The translations under genes and the position numbers were made by a program. The notes beneath the pieces were generated by a model that ran no database searches, was not told the DNA's origin, and was given only the letters and a program-made list of their open reading frames with translations. A DNA stretch of 64,000 nucleotides, taken from NCBI GenBank assembly GCA_051294905.1, contig CM119372.1:14138001-14202000 (forward strand), given 5' to 3'. Each line of letters starts with the position of its first letter. Positions within the stretch are counted from its first letter, which is position 1. The stretch is from Botryllus schlosseri (lineage: Eukaryota). Of this stretch, positions 38,629-53,000 are shown piece by piece.

Positions 38629-41243
38629 CAGGGCCGTAACAGCACTTCGTCAGACCCCCCCCCCCCCCCAACAAAAAAAAACGTCATTGGTCTTGGGCCC
38701 CCATATGATGATAACCGTACTTCTGGGGGTCTTCGCGCTTTACCGCTACTTATCATCTACATTGGGGTGCGTTTACTGAGTCCATTTATCTCGTCTAAAC
38801 GCGCGAAGCGCGAAAATTTTCTGTAATTCATGATGGAATCGGTCAATATGATCGGGAACTGCATTTATATTGCTAGCAATTTTTGTCCCCTCTCTGCTCA
38901 CGTAATCAAATTTACAGGTAGAGCTGATTGAGGTGTGTTTGAAAAGGTAGGACCCCTCAATAATAATTAAACATCTTCGGGCGTATACCCGTTGGCAGGA
39001 ACGAAACAGCACTTCGTCAGGCCCCCCCAAAAAAAACTTGGGTCTGGGGCTCCCATAGGGTGATAAACCTACCCCCAATCACGTTCGCTTTTGCCACGAA
39101 ATCAGTTGTACTGTTTAGTGAGCGAAGCGCGACAATCTTCGATAATTCATGATAAAATCGGTCAATAAGATCTGGAATTGCATATCAATTGCTATCAATT
39201 TCTTGTCCTCAGCTCTGCTCACGTAATCAGATTTTCCGGTAGAACTGAGCGAGCTGCCTTGGAAACTGTAGGGCCCGTTGGTATGACTCCGTAACATGCT
39301 GTTATTTCGAGATCTCCTGTCTGCTATATCAAAAATATAGAATCGCCCAAACGTGTGCTACTAAACCAAAAGACGCACCAGATTTTAAATTAGTATTTCT
39401 TCACTGGCCTCTAATTTTACCCTGCGGGATGATGTTTGTCGTGCGTGATTCAGATTGCCTGGACAGGAACATTCGGTGCCAGTCATTTAGGCACCTATGG
39501 ACACTTAAACCTATTATATGTATTTTGTATATTTATAACAATCAGGACCGTAACTGCCGCACCCCAAATCCCCCAATTGGGGGGGGCGAGCTCAAAGGGG
39601 GCCCAAAATTATTTCGTGAATTAGCATAAATTATAGAGTATTTTTTGAAAATTTATGCAGCTTTTTCAAAAAATTTTCGCGCTATCCGCGCGATTTCAAG
39701 TTCCCGAATATCTTCATTATTGTGTAGCCTACTCTTCACCCAAAATATACGCAAGATTTATAGAAATGAGCATATCGGCGTTGGCCATTACCGCGCCACG
39801 ACGCACCAAGATATAAAGTTTTAGGCAATGTAACATGCGACCCCAAGAGGTTTGCCAGAACGATCGCCAACGAGAAAACCTTGACCGAAAAGGACTGCGC
39901 TTATGCTGATACATATAGGTTTAATTGTCCATAGGCGCCTAAATAACTGGCGACAAATGTTCCTGTCTTGGCAATCTGAACCTCACAAGACAAATACCAT
40001 CTCGCACGAAAAAATTATATGCCGGTGAAGAAATACCAATTTGAAATCGTGTGCGTCTTTTAGTTTAGTACGTTTATGCGATTCTTCATTTTATGATATT
40101 GCTGAGGTCACGAAATAACATCATGTAACGAAGTCATACCAACGGGTCCGCCCGCTCGAAAATGTTTAATTATTATTTACGGGCCCTACAGTTTCCAAGA
40201 CACCTCAGTCAGCTCTACCGGTAAATCTGATTACGCGAGCAGAGAGGACCAGAAATTGATAGCAATATATATGCAATTCCCGATCTTATTGACCGATTTT
40301 ATTATGAATCATCGAAAATTTTCGCGCCTTGCGCGTGCTCACTAGAGAGTACAACTTATTTCGTGGTAAAAGCGACCAACGTGATGGGGGGGGGAGTCCG
40401 TTTATCACCCTATGGGAGCCTAAGAGCCAAGTTTTTCGGGGGGGGCTGACGAAGTGCTGTTTCGTTCCTGCCAACAGGCATACGCCCGGAGATGTTTAAT
40501 TATTATTATTATTGAGTGGTCCTACCTTTTCAAACACACCTCACTCCGCTCTACCGGTAAATCTGATTACGTGAGCAGAGAGAGGATAAAAATTGATAGC
40601 AATATATATGAAATTATCGATCATATTGACCGATTCAATCATGAATTATACAAATTTTTCGCGCTCCGCGCAGTTAGCCGTGAAAATCTCACTCAGTAAA
40701 CGGACACCCACTAAAGATGATAAGTATAGCGGTAAACTGCATGCGTATAGCCTGAGGGGGGTCTGGGGGGCGAAGCCCCCCATAAGTCCATTTTATAACC
40801 CTATGGGGGGCCCAAGGCCAACGTTTTGGGGGGGGGCTGACGAAGTGCTGTTACGGCCCTGATAACAATGTCTTCGGTCCGCATAAGGGCACAGTCCTTT
40901 TCGGCCAAGGTTTTCTCGCTGCCGATCGTTCTGGCACACTTCTTGGAGTCGCATGTTACATGGCCTAAAACTTTATATGTCTTGGTGCATCGTGGCGCGG
41001 TAATGGTCAACGCCGATATGCCGATTTCTATAAATCTTGCTTATTTTTTCTTGGGAGAAGAGTACCCCCAAATCAAGATATCTTGCAATCTGAAATCGCG
41101 CAGAGCGCGAAAAATTTTTGAAAAGTTGCATAAATTTTCAAAAAATACGCCATAATTTATGCTAATTCACGAAATAATTTGGGGCCTCCTTCGAGCTCGG
41201 CCCCCCCAATCGGGGGGTTTGGAGTGCGGCAGTTACGGTCCTG
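38629..41243. mobile_element. hAT-like element (CAGGGCCGTAAC / CAGGACCGTAAC family), outer copy
   Basis: Ends CAGGGCCGTAAC / GTTACGGTCCTG; perfect TSD GTCACATT. Confidence 0.88.
39543..40861. mobile_element. Same-family copy nested in opposite orientation
   Basis: Ends CAGGACCGTAAC / GTTACGGCCCTG; perfect TSD ATAACAAT. Confidence 0.9.
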
Positions 41244-41510
41244 GTCACATTGACAGTTGACAACACATCCCAGGAAGGCGAAAAAGTTTGCTACTGTGCA
41301 CTCAGTTAGGATTATTTTTGGAGTGTTTTCGTTTTTGCGAAACCGGTCTATGTAGGCTACTATACTGTGCGGTATAATGCACTTGCACAGTATAATAGTT
41401 TCATGGAAAATACAATTCAAATATATTTGGTCGCACTGTTGTATACCTTTACCCAAAAGGCCCTAGACCTGGCCCCAGCTTTGGTCTCCAGAAAAACCCG
41501 AATATTGATT

Positions 41511-41563
41511 TAATAATAATAATAATAATAATGAAGGAAGGAAGGAAGGAAGGAAGGAAGGAA
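41511..41563. repeat. Compound microsatellite (TAA)n(GAAG)n
   Basis: Direct reading of the sequence. Confidence 0.9.
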
Positions 41564-42608
41564 TGCACCACTGGACTAAAATTACACTTGTGCGCGTGAA
41601 TCACAGCATGATATCAGTAATTTCGACTCTTCATTTTCGATCATCTCTACCTCTGCTCTGCAACCCTTGCCAATTCTTCATCTACCGCAATTCTGTAATC
41701 TGACCTCTTCATATATTGTATAGGAATAACAATTTGACTGTATTACTGAAATTTTAAAGATTTACTCCAATCTCGCCATTACCCTTTGGGGGCAGGTTGC
41801 TCCCCGGATTATGTGTGTATTTACCAGTTTTACTGTGAATAAAGAATATGAATAATTGCATCGTCCGTGTAGACAGTTAAATCTTTGTATTCCTCACAAC
41901 GAATACGCAGGCACAACTCCACATCACGACTAAAACGACGGGCATGGCATAGAAATATTCCAACTTTTATCGCATTCAATCGTCAATTCATCGTATTTTT
42001 GCAAAAACTACTGTTTGCGAGTAACGCCGTTGTTAGCATAGAGCAGTGGCTCCCAAAATGGGCGCCAGCGCCCCCCTGGGAGCGTTGGCGAGGGTGAATG
42101 GGGCCCTGGGCACGAAATGGGCGATGTGGGGGCGCTGGCTACGAATTGGGCGGTAGGGGGCGCTGAGGGGGAATGGGGGCGGGGGGGTTCAGAGGGCAAC
42201 TGATGAGTAGTGTCGAAACGATTAATGAATATAACAGCATAATATGCAGTAAAGAGTGCAAAATAGTTATTTCAAGGCAATGTATGGTCGATCCACAGGC
42301 GTCGATCTGTTTCAAGCAGCTGTACCAGAAAATTCCTCTGTTACTTGACAATATATATCCTTCCCCTCAATAGACCGATTCAGCAGTCGGCAGAATCACA
42401 AAAAGCGTGGTAGATTGTGTGGTGAGACTGAGAAGTGAGAACTACGATGTATTTGAACACTTACATTGCTGGACAGTTAGGTGCAATGGATTTAAGGAAA
42501 ACTGTCTTCCGCAATTTTAGTCTATGTTTCAAATCGTCGTGAAATTTTCACACTGATACGACCCAGTCCCACAATAGTTCTTATTGCGAGAAAATATATC
42601 GCTTATAA

Positions 42609-42940
42609 TAGGGCTACCATACGTCCTATTATTAAGAGGATTTGTCCTCCTTTTTTTGTCTTTTTTGAAAGTGGCCTCGGAGGACGCCCAAATGTCCTCT
42701 TTTTTGAGATTTTGTCCTCATTTTTGAGAATTTTGTTTAAATATAGGGTAAAATTCGAATGAGATACAGTAAATCAGCACTGAAGTAATGCTCCGGCGGC
42801 TATTTCGGAGCTGAGCCGGAAAGTTGACCTTTTTTTAGTTCACAAAGTCGGGGGAAATTTACAATTTTTCCCGGATTTTACTCCAGCATTGTTTTTGAAA
42901 AAGTGTCCTCTTTTTACATTTCCAAAATATGGTAACCCTA
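42609..42940. mobile_element. hAT-like MITE (TAGGGYTACCATA TIR)
   Basis: Ends TAGGGCTACCATA / TATGGTAACCCTA; perfect TSD GCTTATAA; GTCCTC subterminal repeats. Confidence 0.88.
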
Positions 42941-44036
42941 GCTTATAATTGACGGACGTCAAGTTTTATGAGTCGAATTTATCCTTTTTTGGTAATGATG
43001 AAACCTGATCAAGGTGAAAATATGGCACTGTCTGAATTCAGATTATAAGCAGAGGTGGTCAGTAACGAAGTACTTGTTCAAAGTACTCAAGTAGATTTCC
43101 TCTATTTCTGGTACATACTCAAGTAGGTCTTTTTTCGCTACTTTTACTTCGTATATTTTGTGAACTACTTACTTACTTTTCGCTATCTTCAGTTTGTCAA
43201 GTACAAGTAGTTTAATCCCCCAATAAGAAATATAGGCTAAGGAATTTTGGGGCTGTTGTCACGTAGTACCAAACCAACACATAATTTTCATAAAAGTCAT
43301 GTAATACGCAGAATTTTCGTTGCGCTTCGCGCACAGTAGATATGGAGTGACAAATATGTTTCAACCAAAGTATCGCTGAATATAATTTAGATACTGGGCG
43401 GCTGCGTGGTTCCGTTCACACCGCATTGTCGCCTGTATCAAATATTTCATCACAGTAAGTATGGTCCCCCATAACATTTGAAACTACAGTATCGCAATCT
43501 AGCAATTACCTATTATACCTAGCAGCCCATGACGTGTCCTAATCTGAAAAAGTGAACTTTGACTTTTAACGTTAGACCTGTTTTGGCAGACTACCGTTGA
43601 AACTAATTGAACAAAAGACATGAAATATCTTTTCCGCTTTTTAGAACTAGTATTCGTATTTTTCTTTCAATTTACGAGTATTATACGTTGAGTTCTAATT
43701 ATAGTTTCAGTTCTTTTGTCTGGAGAACATACATGTTGAAGTATAAAAGCAAGTGTAGTGATGCCGTATATTTTCCGAGAATAAAGCTATACACTATATG
43801 GGATTTTTACAATCTGTCATACTTTTAATTGACGTATACTAATCGTGCAAAGTGTTAAAGCCGTATCCGATACAACTTCTCTTCGGCTGAACTAGAGGCC
43901 GTATAATATGGGGGAGGGCGCCATGCCATGATATTCTCTAAAACGGGGTGTTCGAGTAAACAAAGAATTAGTATCGCATTTCCATATCAATCCCACGATG
44001 TTTACGACGGCTTATTCTGTCAAAAACTGACACCTC

Positions 44037-47000
44037 AGTAGTAGTATACGGGTCATTTATACCCCCACCAATAGTCATCGAGTATTTGATCACGTGACAT
44101 CTGTTAGCCAATTAGAATGCAGAACGAAGTGGGCGTGGTTCCAATACGAGAGAGGTTTGGGTTGTGCGAGAGATGGCATAGTTCCAGTCCAGTAACGCTG
44201 AGATATTTATTACGTCATGCTTGCGTAAGTTGATTACCTTCAATATGATTGCGTATTGCAGCATGTTCATGATTACGTCATATGCGTAGTTGATTACTTT
44301 AGTTATTTCGAGAGCGTCTTTGCTTAGTTCCAGTAATGCTGAGGTATGATTACGTCATGATTGCGTCTAGTTCCAGTCCAATAACACTGAGAAATATTTA
44401 CGTCATTATGATTGTGTAGTTGTTCATGTTCATGATTACGTCATATGCGTGGTTCCAATACGAGTGAGGTTTTGGTTGTGTGAGAGATGGCATAGTCCCA
44501 GTCCAGTAACGCTGAGATATTATTACGTCATTATTACGTAGGTTGATTACCTTCAATATGATTGCGTATTGCAGTTAAAGCATGTACAGTATTGATTACG
44601 TCATATGCGGAGTTGATTACTTTAGTTATTTCGAGAGCGTGATTGTTTAGTTCCAGTAATGCTGAGATATGATTACGTCATGATTGCGTCTAGTTCCAGT
44701 CCAATAACACTGAGAAATATTTACGTCATTATGATTGCGTATTGCAGTTGAAGCATGTTCAGTAATGATTACATCATATGCCTAGTTGATTACTTTAGCA
44801 ACGCTGAGATATGATTACGTCAATATTGCGTTGATTGCCTTTGTTATTGCAGTTGAAGCAAGTGCAAGGCAATATATAACGTGTAATATTTATTACATGA
44901 TTATTCGCTGTACGCTGTAGATTGAATATGTCAAAGATTACTGCTAATGATATATACGTCATAATAGATCGTATTGACCCGATGAACTGGTACATGATTT
45001 CAATGATTATTAAAAATAATTTTAATAATATTGTTTATGAATTCGTTTGAATACGTTCACTGTTATAATCTATATGATTTCAATGATTATTAAAAATAAT
45101 TGAAATAAATCTCACAAAGTAATAATATAAAATTTGGCTAATATTGTGAATATCTAATAATCGTGAAAATAGCAAGTATCTCATGTTGATGAAAAAAATC
45201 AGCCCACGTTGTTAGAGAACCAAAACATGATTTTAATATGTTTTAAATATTCCATTTTTTAAAAATATTATTACATTGGTTCTAACTTTGGAATAATAAT
45301 TATTATATTGTTTTCATTATTCATCGAAATCATTGTCGCTTATAACGGTGAACATCTTTTTAATAATATTGTTGCTTTGTAAATATCTTATTGATTTTAG
45401 TTAAATTATCGATTATCTTGTGTTGTTGATGAATTAGTTTGTACAAAAGACGTTCACTGTTATAATCTACATGATTTGAATTTTAATAAAACAATTTTCG
45501 GTTTATTCGCAATCATATGCTCATGTATGCGAAACTGGTATTGCTTTTACATCGCAAATCTAAAAAGGGATTCTAATATCGAGAAAATGTGCCAGGATCC
45601 CAAGGGAGCTCTATGCGTTGTTCTGAACGATTAGTAAATGTCGAGAAAGTATGTTAGGATCTCAAGGGAGCTCTACGCGTTGTTTTGTTGTGAATATGTT
45701 ATCATTGCGAAATTAGCAATTATTTCGTGTTGTTGATGAAAATATTAAGCTTACGTTGTTATAAGCACCAAAACATGATTTAAATATGTTTAAAATATTC
45801 CAGTTTTTAAATAATATTACTTTGGTTCTAACTTTGGAATAATAATAATTAATATTAATAATATTTTTTCAATATTCATTGAAGTCATTGTAGCTTATAA
45901 CGGTGAACATCTTTTGTACAGCAAGCTCCAAGTTTAATTAGAATTAGAGCAACACAAAATTCCAACACCTCGCAACTCTCATGACAGTGCATCGTATCAT
46001 TACACAATATTAAACTTCATTCAATAATCAACATTTAATTGTGACGTCATAAATTCGTATTTTGAATTTTTTGTGATGAGATGAGATTGTTTGATATGCA
46101 AGTCGCGCATGAAGCAGATCTGTCCACCCTGTACTATAGTAATGTGTTAAATGTGTACTCAAATGTATATTGTGAATAAGACCAGTTACGATCCAGCTAC
46201 CGTGTTTGTTAACCCATTGTGAAATGTCTGACGCCATATCTTCACCGTCACACTTATACTCAACGCGAACGCTATATTGTAGCTTAATTTCTTTATGTAG
46301 TACGTGCAAACATATGATGTGTCTCTCTCAATTTACTTTCAAAATTCATATGATACAACAGCATGGACTCTGAATGCCACTTGCAACATATGTATATGTA
46401 TTTGTATGATAATATTAGTAACAGCTGGCCTCTATAGGGAATTAACTGAATACATTCTTTGCCGATGGATAGTGTCGCAGTACCTTACCGTATGCACTAC
46501 AAAACGCTATCATTTTACAGTATTAATGAGACACAAACCAAAGTAAAATTAACAAAAAATTGACTAATATTATGAATATCTTATGATTTTGAGTTAAATT
46601 AGCCATTTTCTTGTGTTGTTATTGTTTCACTATCACTGATTATTCTAATAATATTGTTGCTTTGTGAATATCGTATCAATTTTTTGTTAAATTATCAATT
46701 ATCTTGTGTTGTTGATGAAAATAATTCGCTTGTATAAAATACGTTCACTAATATAATCTACAGGATTTCAATGATTATTAAAAAATAAGCTAATGCAAGT
46801 TTCCAGAATGCTGATGCTGGCTATGCTATTGGAGCCTTTTCAAATAGAATACGCAGTACGATTATCGATGGTGGATGCAAAACAATCCTAATTCTCAACA
46901 AATTTTAATTGTCTCGGAATCATACCTATTGCGATATCAACTCTCCGCATTTTGTTGTATTTAGGGCTATTGCACAAGCTATCTCTAATATGCTGCAATA

Positions 47001-50000
47001 TAGACAGGTTCAAACTTGTCTAGGGTATTCACTTCCCGTCAACTAGCTTTTCAAGACGCATTAATAAGCGCGCGTATTTAATTACCTAATCGTTGGATGA
47101 ATATTCCTGGCAGGCATAGATGTCCCCAGGGAACCGAGCTAACTTCGCTTCTATTCTTTTTACATTGTTTGCAAAGCACGGGTATTTTGTGATTCCATTA
47201 GACTTCAATGGTTCTAGAATACTAAATTAATGAGAGTTGAATAAACCGTCAATTAATTTAGCATAAAGCATATGATATTCATATTACTTAGAGCTTACGT
47301 CGTTGAACAACCCTGATATGATCATACAGCGAAAGTATAGCCCTAAATAGCGGTAATATCTCCCAAGCATAAAAATAACGTGGTCGGAATGTACGTTTAT
47401 TGCAAATTTATCTCTAAACAGAATGATCTGTAGCTTGTCGCATTCGAATTACTGAGCAGAATTGACATAGAACTATTAAGCAAAGCTGAAACATCTTCAC
47501 TTCAGTTATCATTCCCTTGAGACTACTAGTTATAGCAGAGGCAGACAAACTGTGATTTGCGGTTGTAGCACTTCAATGATTTCATGTGCGTTTCGCCATA
47601 TTGTTAAAGAAGTTTAACCTGATTATATATTAATGCATTTATAGCGTATTAGCAATATGCGAATGGTGGCTGTGGCGCTACAGGGTTCAAAATTAGCAAT
47701 TGAACTCTCGAATTGAACCCGATCATCAATCAATGACAAATCATTGTGCTCAACGCTATTTTTATGTGGTTCATTGATTCACAACTTTTACTGATCCACA
47801 AAGCACTTACGTTAGTCTTAAAACCTTCGCTGAACCACAAATTTTCGCTGAGTCATAAAACAAAAAATCTGGCAAAATATACATTCAACTACACATCTAA
47901 TTCTTTACTATAGTACAGGAGTGGGCAGAGCTGCTTCTTGCGCGAGTCGCATATCAAAAATCTTATCTTTAAAAGAACCACAACACAAAAATCCAACATA
48001 TGGATTTATTACGTCTCAAGGAAATGTAGGCTATCGAATGAAATTTATTATTGTGTGATGATAGGATGTGCAATTGTGCATACACGAGGGTTCTAATTCC
48101 AATCTAATTTGGAAAAACTATGTAGCTCTAAGTCAAATTCTAATCTAGTTCTATTCAACCTGTTTCAGTTACACACGCTTTTCAGAGACACTGCGAGCTT
48201 CACGGATTTTTAAATTTTCAAAATTAGGATTGATCGATAAATATGATACTATTTATCACTTGTATAAATATCACTGTGATATCAATCCAAGCTTATGCGG
48301 CTTTGTAATAATTGGTTGTTTAGCAAAATCAATATTATGCTCAAATTATATCAGATATCGCATTGAATATAGCTAATCAAATTTTTATTACATATTAGTA
48401 GCTGCAGTCGGATTTCAACATAACGACCAATTCCGATGCACATGCTACGTTTTCGAAACGACTACGTTACTATTCGATAGCTGGACATATCAGTATTGTC
48501 TTCTAATGACTCGAGTCATTACAATCCTGCTAATGGATTTCTAATTTAAACTTTGACTTGGACTTATCGATCAAGTAGGTAGTGGGGGTACCTGGTTTTG
48601 TTACCAGCCTCGAGGCTATATTCTTTGGCAGCGATGAGGCTATTTATGTTCATCGCTCAGCACTTGACTATGGCGATGTGTATTTAGCACTGTGTATTGA
48701 TAATTACTTGCTTCCGAGAAATAAATAACATTCATTATACGTTAGATGATACTTTCCACAGATATTCTATTATGTGTCTTGAGACTACAGCGAGTTGATA
48801 ATATTAATGCGTACACTTTCAAGAAATAAGGACGTTGCTAACATTCAGATTTTGCGTAAATTTCGCGTGATCAACTATGTACGATTTTTGTGTATTTCAG
48901 ACTATGTATGTTCATGTTCACGAAGACTGCGGTATCGCATGGATAAATGCATCATCGCTAATAAATTACTTGAATGCGACTCGATAACATTTATCCCTTG
49001 TAACGTACTCAAACATGATATTAGGTGTATTTAAGACTATTTATGTTCCTGAGATCTTTGATAGCGCAATGATTCGGTATGATTTCTATATTATTCCACT
49101 CTCGTTATTGGACTGCGGTGTGACGCTGAACCTATCTCGATGCCCGGGCTTCCGCATTAACTTTTTTCGATTTCTTCTGCCTTATGTAGATTTAACATAA
49201 GGAAAGTTATTTCACTCATAAAATTTGAAATACGTATTTGCTCGAGTTAAAGCCATAACGCTTGGAGTGAAATTTTACGAGGTTTTCGTTAATATTCAAC
49301 TGGGCTAATTTCGAAATGTAAATTGAAAAACTCAAATATCGCATAGTAGGACTTCGCAAATTTTCGATATATTTTTGCTATTTTTTCATGGTGACAAGTC
49401 ATTCGGAACGGTGAAATGCATTATAGGAAATAGATGAAACTGGTTCAATTCATCAAGACCCCTGAAAAAAGTACATTGGATTTCAACATTTTATTAGCAG
49501 GTAATCGAAATACCACAAACTGGGCTAACCTTCGGAGTTGTTAAGTAAAGAAGTACTCGTACTTCTTCGGAGTACCCAATACTCTCAAGTCCTTATTATA
49601 TTGGAGTGTTTCAACTTCATGATAGTTATAGTATTAAGCAGAAATATACCTGGAGTACTAATGTTTTACTTACTAGGAAATGACTACTTCTGTCTTATTT
49701 TAAAGGATTCCTCGCTCGACGCGAAATTTTATTAGGTTTTGAATAATATCCAACATGTAGGTTCACTTTGAAGGGTACTTCGTAAAACTCAAATATTGTA
49801 CAGTGAGAGCTCGCAAATTCTCGATGTATTTTTTGGTATTTTTATTGCGGTAAGTCATTCTGCAGCGCGAAAATGCATCGTAGGATATAGATGAAACTGA
49901 CACCGCTCACCAAGACCACTGGACCACTGAAAAAGTACATTTCAACATTTTAGTAGCAGTAAATTCCTAGTAAAGTATAAGAAGTGATGATTTCCGAGTG

Positions 50001-53000
50001 AGTTAAAAAGTAAGTATTGAAGGTATAGTTTGGTCGAAAACCGAAAACTCTGAAATAGAAGTAGATGCAGTGTAAAAAGTTAATCACTTGATTAAGTATA
50101 GCGCAAGCGGACCAAACCTATACTTGAGTACTCCAAAATGTACAAGTACTTCGCTATGGACTCCCTCCACGTAAAAAGTGACTAGGTTTTAGACTACTTT
50201 ATCGGTACTTGACAGTTTCAGTTTTAGATAAAATTTGGAATAAAAACTAGCTCATTCACTCACTTGGAAATCTCTTCTTTAACCTGTACTTGAGCGTAGC
50301 AAGTAAATCTCATTTATTATTAATTCTACACGTACACTTGACCATATTTTATGACTTACATAATTACTTTTCACTATATTTGAAGTCAAGTCTGTCAAAT
50401 AGCAGTATATGTTACGATGAGCTTATATTCGTTCTGTTTGATCATCTTGACTAACGATATTCACGCGGCGAGCTCTCCAGTGATAGCCTTGGGACTTGGA
50501 ACAGTGTTATATGACATCATAGCGACACGAGGTTACGACAGTTTAGAATTAGCTACCTTACGACACCAAATTTCGTTAGTTCATCTCCACCTTCAAATAT
50601 TGTGTTATACAAATATAGTGTATACGCAACAAATACATATATGGCTTTGTTGCTGCAATCTTCAAAAAAAGTACTTCCCTCAGTAAGCAATTTCTCGTAG
50701 GCTATGCATATGCATACAAACGAGGACAGTTACATCAATGAGTGGTACCTTGTTGTATTAAGTAGCTAGTAATTAGTGCATGTAAGTCCGCAGCTACTGT
50801 TCAAGACCTTTTACGCGTTTTTGCCAAGCATCCTCGTAAGGACAGACAGTCCCAATCAGCTAATGTAAGTGTGTGTGTGTAGGCCTATGTATGTATGAGG
50901 GGTCTTATGCCGGTTGACGAATGAAGTTGGTCGTCTATTCTATTCCGAAATAATCAAGTTAGTGGTTTTTAACAGGACCTGACCTCATAGAAACTTCAGT
51001 AGAATAACTTATAACTCCTCATGTTTACTCAAGTAAATCTAATTTGATAATCATGTACTGAATCTTAATTTTCAAACGAGTTCAAATTTAACTCTAACTT
51101 ATGAGATTAAATATAATAACTTTTCACGTTGCAGCGTATTTTACAGCATGAGCCAAGTGATTTCATAATTAACACAAGATAATTAAATGAATTTCTAGAG
51201 GATTATAAGATATTCGTGTCATCCTCCTTCGTATATCATAAAAGAATACCTACTGCAGTCGATTTGTAATTATTTGCGCTGTGTTTGATCAACTCAATCA
51301 TGTTGCAGTGTTTTAATAACGAAACTCTTTTACAGCATAAACCAAATAATTTCATAATAAACACAAGCTAATTGAATGAATTTACTCAAATGTAGTATAC
51401 CGCGCTGATGAGATTAATTATAACATACTTATCATGTTACAGTGGTTTTTCAATAACTAAACTCATTTACAGCATAAGCAGAGTAATTTCATAATAAACA
51501 TAAAATAACTGCTGTCGATGATTTGTACTAATTTGTGGCGTGTACAATTAACTCAAGCAGCTCTAAAACATAGGAAGCAGGGCGATGGGTATTCGTTGAG
51601 TTGAATAAATATAAAAAATATTTCCGCGCCCTTCTAGGTTGTAGGGTTAGGAATAATTAGGTTTAGTAGGGCGCGGAAATATTTTTTATGTTTATTCAAC
51701 TCAACGAATACCCATCGCCCTGCTTCCTATGTTTTAGAGCTGCTTGAGTTAATTGTACACGCCACAAATTAGTACAAATCATCGACAGCAGTTATTTTAT
51801 GTTTATTATGAAATTACTCTGCTTATGCTGTAAATGAGTTTAGTTATTGAAAAACCACTGTAACATGATAAGTATGTTATAATTAATCTCATCAGCGCGG
51901 TATACTACATTTGAGTAAATTCATTCAATTAGCTTGTGTTTATTATGAAATTATTTGGTTTATGCTGTAAAAGAGTTTCGTTATTAAAACACTGCAACAT
52001 GATTGAGTTGATCAAACACAGCGCAAATAATTACAAATCGACTGCAGTAGGTATTCTTTTATGATATACGAAGGAGGATGACACGAATATCTTATAATCC
52101 TCTAGAAATTCATTTAATTATCTTGTGTTAATTATGAAATCACTTGGCTCATGCTGTAAAATACGCTGCAACGTGAAAAGTTATTATATTTAATCTCATA
52201 AGTTAGAGTTAAATTTGAACTCGTTTGAAAATTAAGATTCAGTACATGATTATCAAATTAGATTTACTTGAGTAAACATGAGGAGTTATAAGTTATTCTA
52301 CTGAAGTTTCTATGAGGTCAGGTCCTGTTAAAAACCACTAACTTGATTATTTCGGAATAGAATAGACGACCAACTTCATTCGTCAACCGGCATAAGACCC
52401 CTCATACATACATAGGCCTACACACACACACTTACATTAGCTGATTGGGACTGTCTGTCCTTACGAGGATGCTTGGCAAAAACGCGTAAAAGGTCTTGAA
52501 CAGTAGCTGCGGACTTACATGCACTAATTACTAGCTACTTAATACAACAAGGTACCACTCATTGATGTAACTGTCCTCGTTTGTATGCATATGCATAGCC
52601 TACGAGAAATTGCTTACTGAGGGAAGTACTTTTTTTGAAGATTGCAGCAACAAAGCCATATATGTATTTGTTGCGTATACACTATATTTGTATAACACAA
52701 TATTTGAAGGTGGAGATGAACTAACGAAATTTGGTGTCGTAAGGTAGCTAATTCTAAACTGTCGTAACCTCGTGTCGCTATGATGTCATATAACACTGTT
52801 CCAAGTCCCAAGGCTATCACTGGAGAGCTCGCCGCGTGAATATCGTTAGTCAAGATGATCAAACAGAACGAATATAAGCTCATCGTAACATATACTGCTA
52901 TTTGACAGACTTGACTTCAAATATAGTGAAAAGTAATTATGTAAGTCATAAAATATGGTCAAGTGTACGTGTAGAATTAATAATAAATGAGATTTACTTG

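Noticed and set aside
44134..44880. CRISPR-like array
   Set aside because: Eukaryotic context; the intervening sequences are themselves repeated, not unique spacers; no cas genes.
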